Shown here: positions 19,430 to 28,334 of the stretch, in pieces
Layout: each line of letters begins with the position of its first letter
How positions within the stretch are numbered: position 1 is the first letter of the stretch
Origin: an uncultured Gammaproteobacteria bacterium
Lineage (GTDB): Bacteria > Patescibacteriota > Microgenomatia > UBA8517
DNA: 64,000 bases
Assembly: GCA_964645605.1 (NCBI GenBank)
Contig: CAZYCE010000001.1
Span: forward strand, 64,063-128,062
Direction of reading: 5' to 3'
Notes under the pieces: model-generated
The model's input: only the letters and a program-made list of their open reading frames with translations
Told to the model about the DNA's origin: nothing
The model's database searches: none
Translations under genes and position numbers: made by a program

Positions 19430-21295
19430 TTATTTATCTCTATATGGACTGGTATTGATTTTTACTACATCTTGTGGTTTGGTAGTAATTAATTTGTTTT
19501 CGCTTTCTGAGGCAACAACCCTGATTGGGGCATGGTGGGGGCCTGCAAAAAAGATTCCCTCTCCCACATTGGCTGCCAAAAGAAGGCGCTTTTCGCCCTG
19601 GGACAAATAAAACACTTCTCCTATTTTGTCGATTGCTGCCGGAGATTGTTTAAAAAGTACCTGCATGGAGCTATTTGTAACGATCGCCTTACCTATATCC
19701 TGTCCCAAAAAGTCCTCGACGTCCTGAGTGATAGTGGTAAGGCCAAGATAATATTTTCGGGCTCTTTTTACAACACTCCACAAAAACTGGGCAGTATCGG
19801 GATATTTCATCATTTGCCAGGCCTCATCAACAAGCAAGACCCTCTTTTTTAAATCCTTTTTGATTCTGTTCCAAATGTAGTCAAGGATGACAAACATGGC
19901 AATCGGCCGAAGGACGTCTTGAAGGTCTTTGACGGAGAATACCGTGAAGGGGTTTACAATATTTATATTAGTTTGTTGGTCGAAAATTCCGACAAAGCTT
20001 CCTTTAACGAATTTTTCTATACGTGCGGCCAAATCAAGAGCATCGGCAACCTCCATGCCAATCAGGGTTTTATAAAGATCTTCCATTAAAGGGGGTTCTT
20101 TTCCCTGAGTATCGGGATCCATTGTTATTCCTTTTGCCCGGTAGGTCATAATTAGAGCTCTATCAAGAAGTGCCTCCTGGGTTGGAGTAATGGCTCCCAT
20201 GATCACTTTCATTAACGAGTGCAGAGACAAGATCTTAAGACCCAATTGGTTTTCCCCCTCCTCTCTTATTTGGGACAGATCAAATGGGTTAATTTTCGCG
20301 CTGGAATTAAACGAAAAAGCTATATACTCTCCGCCCACAGCTTCAGCTATGCTTTTATATTCACTTTCGGGATCGATAACTATAGTCTCTATCCCAACCA
20401 TAAGAGATCTTAATGCCTCTAATTTTACAAAATATGATTTTCCTGCTCCGGATGTTGCAAAAATTGTCATGTTGGCATTGGGAAGGGTGAATCTATCGAA
20501 AATAATAAAAGATTCGTTTTGGGAATTCATGCCGTACAAAACCCCCCTATCGCTTGAAAGCTCTGTTGAAGTTAGGGGAAATGTGGTGGCAACGGACGTA
20601 GTATCCATGTTCCTGGTTATATTAAGCCTATCTATTCCAAAAGGAGCGGTTGCCAAAAACCCTTCAGCCATATCAAGCGTTGCGTGTTTGCTGAGAACCA
20701 TTAAGGAACCAAGCTGAGATTCAACTTGTTTAGTTACTTGGTTAAGTTCTTCTACGGAGTTGGCGGGAATAGTTATGTAAAAAGCGAATTCATAAAATCT
20801 CTCAATTCCTTTTACAAGTTGTTCTTGAAGGGCCTGTGCATCTTCGAGTTTTGCTTGAGTAACAGGGTCCACTATCTTTCCGCGTTCGATGTCGGTATTC
20901 ATTTCCGCTTCCATTTCAGCAATTTTGCGCCTGAGATCGTCAAGTACGGTTTTACCGTCAACTGGATAAATGTAAAAAGATATATCAAGAGATGTGTCAA
21001 TATTAACAACCGGTTCAAGCCAGCCCGGGGTAACAAACCTTGGGTATCCTCCCACAAAAATTGTCCTGAAATAGACGTCGTTAACTTTTATATAATCAAA
21101 ATCAACCTCGACTGATTGTGGCGAGATGACATCAAGCAAATTATTTTTCTGGGCAATTACAGAATATGCGGGCGAGAGAACAGGAGGCTTTATCTCCGGT
21201 TTGGGGACGGCTGTTTGAGGGCTATTGGTTCTTGTTTGAGTTTCTTGTTTTTTGTCCATATTTTTAAACTTTGGGTGCAACTTCTCTATCTTCAA
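19430..21295 (-). CDS. virB4: VirB4-family type IV secretion ATPase
   Basis: NANMTIFATSGAGKSYFVK (Walker A), VIDPESEY, INPFDL, LLVDEAW (Walker B), RARKYYLGLTTITQDVEDF. Confidence 0.92.
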   Translation of the reverse strand: MKIEKLHPKFKNMDKKQETQTRTNSPQTAVPKPEIKPPVLSPAYSVIAQKNNLLDVISPQSVEVDFDYIKVNDVYFRTIFVGGYPRFVTPGWLEPVVNIDTSLDISFYIYPVDGKTVLDDLRRKIAEMEAEMNTDIERGKIVDPVTQAKLEDAQALQEQLVKGIERFYEFAFYITIPANSVEELNQVTKQVESQLGSLMVLSKHATLDMAEGFLATAPFGIDRLNITRNMDTTSVATTFPLTSTELSSDRGVLYGMNSQNESFIIFDRFTLPNANMTIFATSGAGKSYFVKLEALRSLMVGIETIVIDPESEYKSIAEAVGGEYIAFSFNSSAKINPFDLSQIREEGENQLGLKILSLHSLMKVIMGAITPTQEALLDRALIMTYRAKGITMDPDTQGKEPPLMEDLYKTLIGMEVADALDLAARIEKFVKGSFVGIFDQQTNINIVNPFTVFSVKDLQDVLRPIAMFVILDYIWNRIKKDLKKRVLLVDEAWQMMKYPDTAQFLWSVVKRARKYYLGLTTITQDVEDFLGQDIGKAIVTNSSMQVLFKQSPAAIDKIGEVFYLSQGEKRLLLAANVGEGIFFAGPHHAPIRVVASESENKLITTKPQDVVKINTSPYRDK

Positions 21296-21980
21296 TTACC
21301 TCTGGTTCCTTTTTGACTGTAGGTTTCTCGGGATTATAAATTGAGTAAAAAAGATTAATAAGCTCGGGGGTTGTAAGTTGTTTAAATTTAATTCCAAGCC
21401 GGCCGGCCTGGCGAATTAGATGATCGCGTCTTGGATAAAGAACAATTTTGGCTTTTTTAATGACATACGATTCCGAAAAAGGAAGGGTTTCTCCCCGTTT
21501 TGTCAAAGCCGCAACAGATTTAGCCACCCCCAGTTCAAGGGGGGAAAGATAAAGAACTACGAAAAACCTTTTGCCCAAAACATTTTTCTTCTTAACGGAT
21601 TCAGAAATGAAGTTTTGATAATCTTGCATAAGTTTGGAAAGAAGGGGTTGCGTAATCTTTTGAGACTGGTCTTTTAGAAAATTTAAATACGACGAGATAT
21701 CCTTCTTCTGAGTTAGAACGACAATCTGTATTGAAAAACTGAGGGAATTTATCATTGCGGCATAGGCTGCGATGACCGCTTCTTGTTCCTTTTCGGATAA
21801 AAGACCGAAGTTAAGGGATGTTGATTCCATAACAAGTGCGGCTCCACCATCTTTGTAAAGAGCCATATCATTTGTGATGTCCGCCACAGGTACAAAATTT
21901 TGTGTAGTTGAATTAAGAGGAGCATCGGGTAATGTTAAAAAAGGAACCCTTAACTTTAATTTTGGTATTATTTTTGCCAT
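21264..21980 (-). CDS. VirB4-associated protein (TraC/VirB4 N-terminal-like)
   Basis: STTQNFVPVADI...SLNFGLLSEKEQEAVIAAYAAMINSLSFSIQI...ELINLFYSIYNP; sits between the PrgI and VirB4 genes. Confidence 0.75.
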   Translation of the reverse strand: MAKIIPKLKLRVPFLTLPDAPLNSTTQNFVPVADITNDMALYKDGGAALVMESTSLNFGLLSEKEQEAVIAAYAAMINSLSFSIQIVVLTQKKDISSYLNFLKDQSQKITQPLLSKLMQDYQNFISESVKKKNVLGKRFFVVLYLSPLELGVAKSVAALTKRGETLPFSESYVIKKAKIVLYPRRDHLIRQAGRLGIKFKQLTTPELINLFYSIYNPEKPTVKKEPEVIEDREVAPKV

Positions 21981-23048
21981 TTAATTATAAATTGTCTGAC
22001 CATTTACGTTTACAGGAACTTGCTGTGTTGTTGATTGTATAAGCCTTCGACCCTCGACAAGTATGGGAGGAACAATTTCTCCCTTGGCCTCAAAATTTAC
22101 AGGCATGAACTGATAACCCTCCTTATCGCTGATGATGCTGTATTTTCCATTATCAAGTGGGGTAACGGCAATAAAATGCCCTAGCTTATTACTTCTGAGG
22201 GCTCTTATCGGACGGCCATATTCATCTCTAATTTCAATGATTGCTCCTTCGACAATTCTTCTTGCCTCATCAACTACTTGGCCAACAATTACGTTTGGAT
22301 TTGTGGGGGGGTTTGGGGGGGCAGCGTCAATCGAGAAAATGGCTTCCTTGGTGGAAACAATTTCTTCGCCGACAATAGTCGGATTAACATTCTGCGTTTT
22401 AATTTGTACTGTCTGGGAAACCGGTTGGGGTTTTTCTTCAACCACCAGGTGTGTCGGTTGTTGTGGCTGGCTGATTTTAACAGGCATGGTAGTTGGAATT
22501 TCCAGCTTTTTGGGTTGGGGAGGGGTGGTTGGGGCAGTTGCCACCTGAGGGGCTGCCGGCGTTGCCGCAATCCTTATCCCTGTAAGCATGTCGGATAGTT
22601 TTGTCAAGAAACCCTGTTCAGCTCCCTCCAGCTTTGCAAGAGGCCCTGGAGGGGCTTTAGTGGCGTTAAGGTAACTTTTGAGAGCCGCTTCCTGACTCTG
22701 TGTCTGTGTGTTTGGTATATTGGTGGTTGGTGTATCATCTGCAAAAAATTTGGGAACTTCTGTAGTTTTTTTCCATCGGAAAATGGTGGGGGAATATATT
22801 GCTCCGAAAAATGCCAAGATCCATTGTTCGAGAGGACGTTCTTGAAGTGGAACAAAAGCCATGGCAGCTCCCAAAATTACAGATACGATTACAAATGGCC
22901 ATTTTATTATTCCGATAAGGGGGGAGGAGTAAAAAACAAGTCCCACCAATACCCCTCCGGCAAGTTCAAAAAATTGCTTCAGGGTCATGTCTCCCACAAG
23001 TTTGAACTGGTATGAACTAACGTTTTGCGGTATCGGATGTTGTTCCAT
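21981..23048 (-). CDS. PrgI-family (VirB3-like) protein with a C-terminal carboxypeptidase-regulatory-like domain
   Basis: MEQHPIPQNV..YQFKLVGDMTLKQF, 2 TMs, ERPLEQW; GQVVD...GAIIEI...SNKLGHF. Confidence 0.85.
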   Translation of the reverse strand: MEQHPIPQNVSSYQFKLVGDMTLKQFFELAGGVLVGLVFYSSPLIGIIKWPFVIVSVILGAAMAFVPLQERPLEQWILAFFGAIYSPTIFRWKKTTEVPKFFADDTPTTNIPNTQTQSQEAALKSYLNATKAPPGPLAKLEGAEQGFLTKLSDMLTGIRIAATPAAPQVATAPTTPPQPKKLEIPTTMPVKISQPQQPTHLVVEEKPQPVSQTVQIKTQNVNPTIVGEEIVSTKEAIFSIDAAPPNPPTNPNVIVGQVVDEARRIVEGAIIEIRDEYGRPIRALRSNKLGHFIAVTPLDNGKYSIISDKEGYQFMPVNFEAKGEIVPPILVEGRRLIQSTTQQVPVNVNGQTIYN

Positions 23049-23192
23049 AAAGACAGTAAAAGCAGAAAGCTCTACTCTAGGTTAAGATTAGCGCGTGAAG
23101 TATTCTGTGCAAGAAGTATCGTTTTTCACAGTTTTAATTTTCTTTTATCTCTTGCCTTTCATCTTTTATCTGTGATGTTATATAATTTGCAT

Positions 23193-25817
23193 ATGCCCGA
23201 CAGTATGTCATCAGAGAATAGACCAATTACACCAGATTTTCATATAGGAGCTCCGGCAAAACTTCCGGCGAATGAGACTTCGATGCAGGCTGCACAAAAC
23301 GAGTTTAAACCTGAGTGGAAATCTAGCATGTCTGATATAAGGATGCAGCTTGGAAATGGAGGAAAGGATGATGGGGAAGGGCTTAATATTATGGATTTGA
23401 TTAGGGCAATGTCTGGTAGGGCGGCTACTTCTGGTTTGGAAAAGTTTAGTAATGGTTTGCAGGGCATAGCTGAGACAAAAGAGAGGATGGGTGATATAGA
23501 GAATGGATTGGGGAGCAATAAATATATCGGGGACGAAAAAGATAAAAAAGAAGAGGAGCAATTGATGCTCAAGGAAAAACTAGAAAACTTGCATAATTCG
23601 CTTAAGAAAAAATACAGCACCATGCAAGAACAGTCCATTTCTGTAGTAAACGATTTATTTGTTGTCTCTGTTGACCAAAAAAAGAATGCCTATCCTTATG
23701 ACCACAGAACAGCTGAACTGACAATCAAAACAATATTGGAGACGGCACAAACCCTACAAGAAGAAGAATGGGCTGACGATCCGGAACTTTCTCTTTGGTT
23801 GAAGAGAATGGAAAGAGATGCTACATGGATGGCGGGACTTTTGCAGGTTTCTGTTGGGCAATCCGCCTCAGCACCATATTTTTTTGATGTCGTGATGCAG
23901 ATGCAAGTATTAAAGGAAAGATATAAAGCTTTTATAACTTCGGAAGATTTAAAAAATATGCACGCAAAAGAACTTCCTGGTTTGGAATTCAGTAGTGACG
24001 AAAAAGCCAAAATGGATGAAAAGGGCATTGGTCTAAAAGTTGATGATGAATATAGAACTTTAGTAGAAAATACCCCTCCGGAAAAAAGATTATTGTTCAA
24101 TAAAGAGGAAAGTGTTGGTCTAAGAGAATTGGGGGTTAAAATGATTGATTCTAGCTTTGCTATGAGAATGCGAATTGCTGCTGTCTCGCAGTCCGATTTG
24201 GCAGCACCAAACGGAGACAAAAATACTTTTATGGGTGATTATTTAAAACCTGAAGAGATTGCTTTTTTTAGAGACCTTTTATTAAGAAGAAACCCAAAGG
24301 GAGAATATTACATATTGTCTCCCCACATGGCCTCAATGGATAAAGACAAAAGAGACGCGACAGCTTATCTAGAGGCCTTACTTTTGACCAACGCGGAAGA
24401 AAGACTAAATAGCATCATTGCTAATGACTCGGTGAACAAGGAGAACTTGATTTCTGAATTAGTCGAAGATGTTAAAGAGAAAGCTACCTATAGAATTACG
24501 AACTGGAAATCAAGAGACAATGGAGATATTGTTTCTCAACTGGCCTCTTTAGTAACAAAACAGGGTTTATATGAAGATTACGCATTTTTAAACGCCTATA
24601 AATATTGTTGGGAATATACTTGGGCGATCGGCTCGGACGGCAAGTTTAAGAAAGTTGGGGTTGAGACAGCAGGCATTTATTCATATTCAGGAGATATTTA
24701 CAGTTTGTATTACATGAGAAGGGCAGCTCAGTACGATAGAAGTTCGAATTCTAGGACTCAGCTTCTTCTTCCGACGAGCAAAGCAGGCAGAAAAGAACTG
24801 GACCTAATGCCCTATGACAAAATGCCTGAATATAAACCAGGCATGCCTGGTGACCAAGATCGTTTTTTGGCCGACCAGTGGGATTTTGTTTTTGGTACTG
24901 ACCCTAAATCTAAAAAGGCTAGAGAAACCATGGGATACGTCGATATTCCGCAGCAGGTTGCTGATAAGCTTAAAAGTTGGGCCGTGTCTTGGAAAACTCC
25001 ATACAATAGTAAATATGTGGAGAATGACACTAGTTACGAATTGGTTGTTCCACATTTAATGCCACCAGGGCTAGATATAGCCTGCTTTTTAGATGCGATA
25101 CCTAGCAGTGAAACAAAATTAAACGCAGGGGGAAAGAGTGTTTGGCAGAGCATGGTTGAAGGAAAAAGGTTCTCAGAAGTAAATTGGGATATACAGGAAA
25201 ATTTACCAGTAGACAGGTGGTATGTTGATTTGGATATGGCCTCAAGGTATATGAATGTTCTGATCGGAGTTTTTGACAAAGAGAAGGATCCAATAATGGG
25301 TCTTATCAACGAAGGTCCGTCTACTCTTGCACCCAAAGAGTTTGCTAAAAGGTTAAGGCTGTCCTTCCGCGATAGCCCGAAGGGGTACCCAGAGGAATAT
25401 GAAGTTGCTTTTATCCCATTTATAGTTACACTTTCTAGTATTCAAAAATATGACCTCACCTCTGCTAGCGCGTGGCATGATGTTGATAAAAGCAATATGA
25501 CCTCCGTAGAACACTTTCTTTTGGAAATTTCTAAGTGGCAGAGAGCATTCAAATGGTTACCTTCTGATAGACCAAATCCCGCACTACTCTCACGTGATTC
25601 TGAAGGTAACGTCTTGGAATGGGATTACGGAAACACAATGGCTCTTTTGATGGAATTTTATACAGGGGTGCTTCTTCGTGTAGCTAAAAGCTCTGCCGAA
25701 GAGTCTGCCCGTATGGCATCTAAGAATTATCAAAACACCATTAGTCGTCTGAACGAAATGCCCTTCATTGGAAACGGTCTTTTGGATAGAAAGCCAAGCA
25801 AGAATTTGATACCGTAA
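23193..25817 (+). CDS. Large soluble hypothetical protein antisense to the T4SS operon
   Basis: 874-aa ORF from ATG 23193, 6 nt after TATAAT (23181-23186); no recognisable motif, TM or signal peptide. Confidence 0.75.
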   Translation: MPDSMSSENRPITPDFHIGAPAKLPANETSMQAAQNEFKPEWKSSMSDIRMQLGNGGKDDGEGLNIMDLIRAMSGRAATSGLEKFSNGLQGIAETKERMGDIENGLGSNKYIGDEKDKKEEEQLMLKEKLENLHNSLKKKYSTMQEQSISVVNDLFVVSVDQKKNAYPYDHRTAELTIKTILETAQTLQEEEWADDPELSLWLKRMERDATWMAGLLQVSVGQSASAPYFFDVVMQMQVLKERYKAFITSEDLKNMHAKELPGLEFSSDEKAKMDEKGIGLKVDDEYRTLVENTPPEKRLLFNKEESVGLRELGVKMIDSSFAMRMRIAAVSQSDLAAPNGDKNTFMGDYLKPEEIAFFRDLLLRRNPKGEYYILSPHMASMDKDKRDATAYLEALLLTNAEERLNSIIANDSVNKENLISELVEDVKEKATYRITNWKSRDNGDIVSQLASLVTKQGLYEDYAFLNAYKYCWEYTWAIGSDGKFKKVGVETAGIYSYSGDIYSLYYMRRAAQYDRSSNSRTQLLLPTSKAGRKELDLMPYDKMPEYKPGMPGDQDRFLADQWDFVFGTDPKSKKARETMGYVDIPQQVADKLKSWAVSWKTPYNSKYVENDTSYELVVPHLMPPGLDIACFLDAIPSSETKLNAGGKSVWQSMVEGKRFSEVNWDIQENLPVDRWYVDLDMASRYMNVLIGVFDKEKDPIMGLINEGPSTLAPKEFAKRLRLSFRDSPKGYPEEYEVAFIPFIVTLSSIQKYDLTSASAWHDVDKSNMTSVEHFLLEISKWQRAFKWLPSDRPNPALLSRDSEGNVLEWDYGNTMALLMEFYTGVLLRVAKSSAEESARMASKNYQNTISRLNEMPFIGNGLLDRKPSKNLIP

Positions 25818-25865
25818 CTTTCAACCGAACAGCTTCCTTCAGAGGAGATTTTGGACAATCACAAT

Positions 25866-26048
25866 TTACTTTTTATTTAAACGACCGTCCTTGCTCATTT
25901 GCGAAATGTAATCTTTTATCCAGTTTGGTAATACCCTCGAGACCCAAACTCGATTAGCACTCTCGGGTGACAATTTTTTATTCAGACCAGTGTAAACTTT
26001 TCTGCTTACGATTTCGTTGAGATCGGTTTTTATATTTTCTACCCCCAT
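25866..26048 (-). CDS. Small hypothetical protein
   Basis: 60-aa ORF co-oriented with the VirB6-like gene; its LPNWIKDYI resembles the APQWFKDYV tail of that gene. Confidence 0.45.
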   Translation of the reverse strand: MGVENIKTDLNEIVSRKVYTGLNKKLSPESANRVWVSRVLPNWIKDYISQMSKDGRLNKK

Positions 26049-26068
26049 TTTTGTTATTATGATATTTA

Positions 26069-27685
26069 TTATTTGGGATTAGTCCTATTGGGATTAGCCC
26101 TATTATTTACATAATCTTTAAACCATTGCGGAGCCTTTGAGGATTTGCCACTGATCGCTTCCGGATTTATCCTTTTATTTAAGTTTCTATAGAAATTCTG
26201 AGCGCCAACTTCTCCTCCATATTTTCTAATTGCCGCGATCTGAGGACCCATTGTTTGCCCATAGACCCCCTTAATGGTTCCTGTGGCTTCACCAATTGCA
26301 CTTCCATAGTCAAACGGTTTGCCGGAGAAGAATGATTGGACAATCTCGGCAGCTTTTGTGATCTGACTGAATATGAAAAAACTTACAAACACCCATATCA
26401 ATTGACCCCCATTATGCTCCGCATTGGTACCTACCCCAAATGGGGGATTCCATGTGTCGGAGCCAATCATGTTAACAACCGGCCTGAAAGGAGTGGAATA
26501 GGCTTCCCTTTCGGCTTCGATGGTCATACCTTGTTTCAGGAAGAAAAAAGAAAAGAAAATCATCACAACCATGACCGGGTATATAGCCAGGTAGGACGCA
26601 ATTCGTTTTAGCCAGCTTCCAAAACCGATTTTGGAAGACACCGCACCCATCATTATTTCAAGAGGTCCTGTTGCAATGGAAATCATAAGCATGGCGAAGT
26701 TTTTGATCATCACAAATATGATTTTTAGTGACCACCAGAGTATTGGAAAGATAGAAAAAACTGAAACAAGCAGAAGCAAAATACCAGCCCACCACATGTT
26801 TCCGCTGTTGACAATTGCAAGAAACGAATTCATTACAAAGTGAACCCAGTAAGTGTACATAAGACCAAACCCGTCAAATGTATAAAGAAACTCATCAAAT
26901 AATTTTGAAGGGGCAAGAGCGCTCAGTCCGCCGGTACTGATAATGGTTGAGATAAGTCCAATAACCAAGTACATCAAATCAATTAAAAATCCGGCGATAG
27001 CATAAGAAAAGGTGATCAGAACCATAGACACGATCAATTTCGGAAGGGCAGACTGGACAGTAATTACAGTTTGAGGGTTAATTTTTACTCTAAACATAAT
27101 CATAAAAGCGATGACAATGACGGCAACCACAAGGAGACTGAAACTCAAATTTCTAAATACTCTCCAAAGGCCAACCATGGATTGTCCTACGTTAAAACCA
27201 ATTCCATTATCGGCCGCTTTGACGCTTGAGACGGGTGAAAGTTTTTGGAATAAATTATTAAAGTATCCGACACCGGAAAGCGGGCTTTTAGAAACAGTTT
27301 CTAAATAGCTTGAAGCTAAACTTTGGTTGTCGTTTGCCGTGGCTTGGGAATTAACAATTTCATCAAATTTACCCAAACAATTGTCAAAATTTATACTGCC
27401 TCCGACCATACACAAAAATAAGTCCGGATTTCCCGGGAGAAGATTGAGAAGTGTTGACGGCAAACTATAAAGAATCCATTGAACTTGGGCTGCGGTATAG
27501 CGCTCTCCAAAAATTTCACTTGATGGAGAAACGGATTCGTCATAGACTTTTCCATACCAGTCAAGAAAATTCTGGTTGTACCATGTGTTTTGTTCGGCTT
27601 TAGCTTGGAAAAGGGTAGCGGATGAAAAAAGGAGAACAATACCGATAAATGTTGAAAAAACTATTTTTTTGAGCAGGGTAGACAT
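26069..27685 (-). CDS. VirB6/TrbL-like polytopic T4SS membrane protein
   Basis: Signal peptide, LWRVFRNLSF..., ALPKLIVSMVLITFSYAIAGFLIDL, IATGPL..., FGSWLK; 6-7 TMs. Confidence 0.8.
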   Translation of the reverse strand: MSTLLKKIVFSTFIGIVLLFSSATLFQAKAEQNTWYNQNFLDWYGKVYDESVSPSSEIFGERYTAAQVQWILYSLPSTLLNLLPGNPDLFLCMVGGSINFDNCLGKFDEIVNSQATANDNQSLASSYLETVSKSPLSGVGYFNNLFQKLSPVSSVKAADNGIGFNVGQSMVGLWRVFRNLSFSLLVVAVIVIAFMIMFRVKINPQTVITVQSALPKLIVSMVLITFSYAIAGFLIDLMYLVIGLISTIISTGGLSALAPSKLFDEFLYTFDGFGLMYTYWVHFVMNSFLAIVNSGNMWWAGILLLLVSVFSIFPILWWSLKIIFVMIKNFAMLMISIATGPLEIMMGAVSSKIGFGSWLKRIASYLAIYPVMVVMIFFSFFFLKQGMTIEAEREAYSTPFRPVVNMIGSDTWNPPFGVGTNAEHNGGQLIWVFVSFFIFSQITKAAEIVQSFFSGKPFDYGSAIGEATGTIKGVYGQTMGPQIAAIRKYGGEVGAQNFYRNLNKRINPEAISGKSSKAPQWFKDYVNNRANPNRTNPK

Positions 27686-27725
27686 ATATTTATTCTAGAC
27701 TGTTATATTAAAAAATCAAAGAGTC

Positions 27726-28334
27726 CTAAAGTAAACCATAGGTTCTTATCCAAAGGTCAGCTGTTTCTTGAATGAAAGTTCTTTGACCAAAGATAAAATA
27801 AATATTATGTATATCCACCCCTTTTGTGGCAAGCAATTTTTTAATCTGTTCAAACGAATCAATAAAAGCGACAACATTTGGATTGGTTTCTTTCGATGGA
27901 TCCTGGTTCCTAAAATTAATTCCATAAATTTCTACATGGACAAGATACTCCGGGTCGCTTGGAATGGTATAGACATTTAAGGTGGTTAACATTCCGTTAG
28001 AGTTTTTAAAACTTTCAATGTAAATTGGCAGGCTGCCTTTTAACTTATTTTTGCTTTCAATGGCGGTAATTACTTTGTCGGATGTCATATCAACCTGCCC
28101 CGCGATATTTTCGGGAGGTTTTGAGTATGAAGGTTCTACAAAATTACCGGAAACAGGAGTTGCGGAAATTGATATTGAATTTTGTTCAGCTTGACCGGCG
28201 GGCTGTGCTGAAGATTGGAGGGCTTCCCCGCTCTGATTTTTGGTGGATAATTGAATAAAGACGAGTATCAAAATTGCCACAATGGATAGAATTATGTAAA
28301 TTTTGTATTTTGAAATAAAATTTCTCATTCTCAA
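27726..28334 (-). CDS. Membrane-anchored hypothetical protein (T4SS locus)
   Basis: N-terminal TM, Ser/Pro linker, LKGSLPIY domain; abuts the upstream gene. Confidence 0.65.
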   Translation of the reverse strand: MRMRNFISKYKIYIILSIVAILILVFIQLSTKNQSGEALQSSAQPAGQAEQNSISISATPVSGNFVEPSYSKPPENIAGQVDMTSDKVITAIESKNKLKGSLPIYIESFKNSNGMLTTLNVYTIPSDPEYLVHVEIYGINFRNQDPSKETNPNVVAFIDSFEQIKKLLATKGVDIHNIYFIFGQRTFIQETADLWIRTYGLL

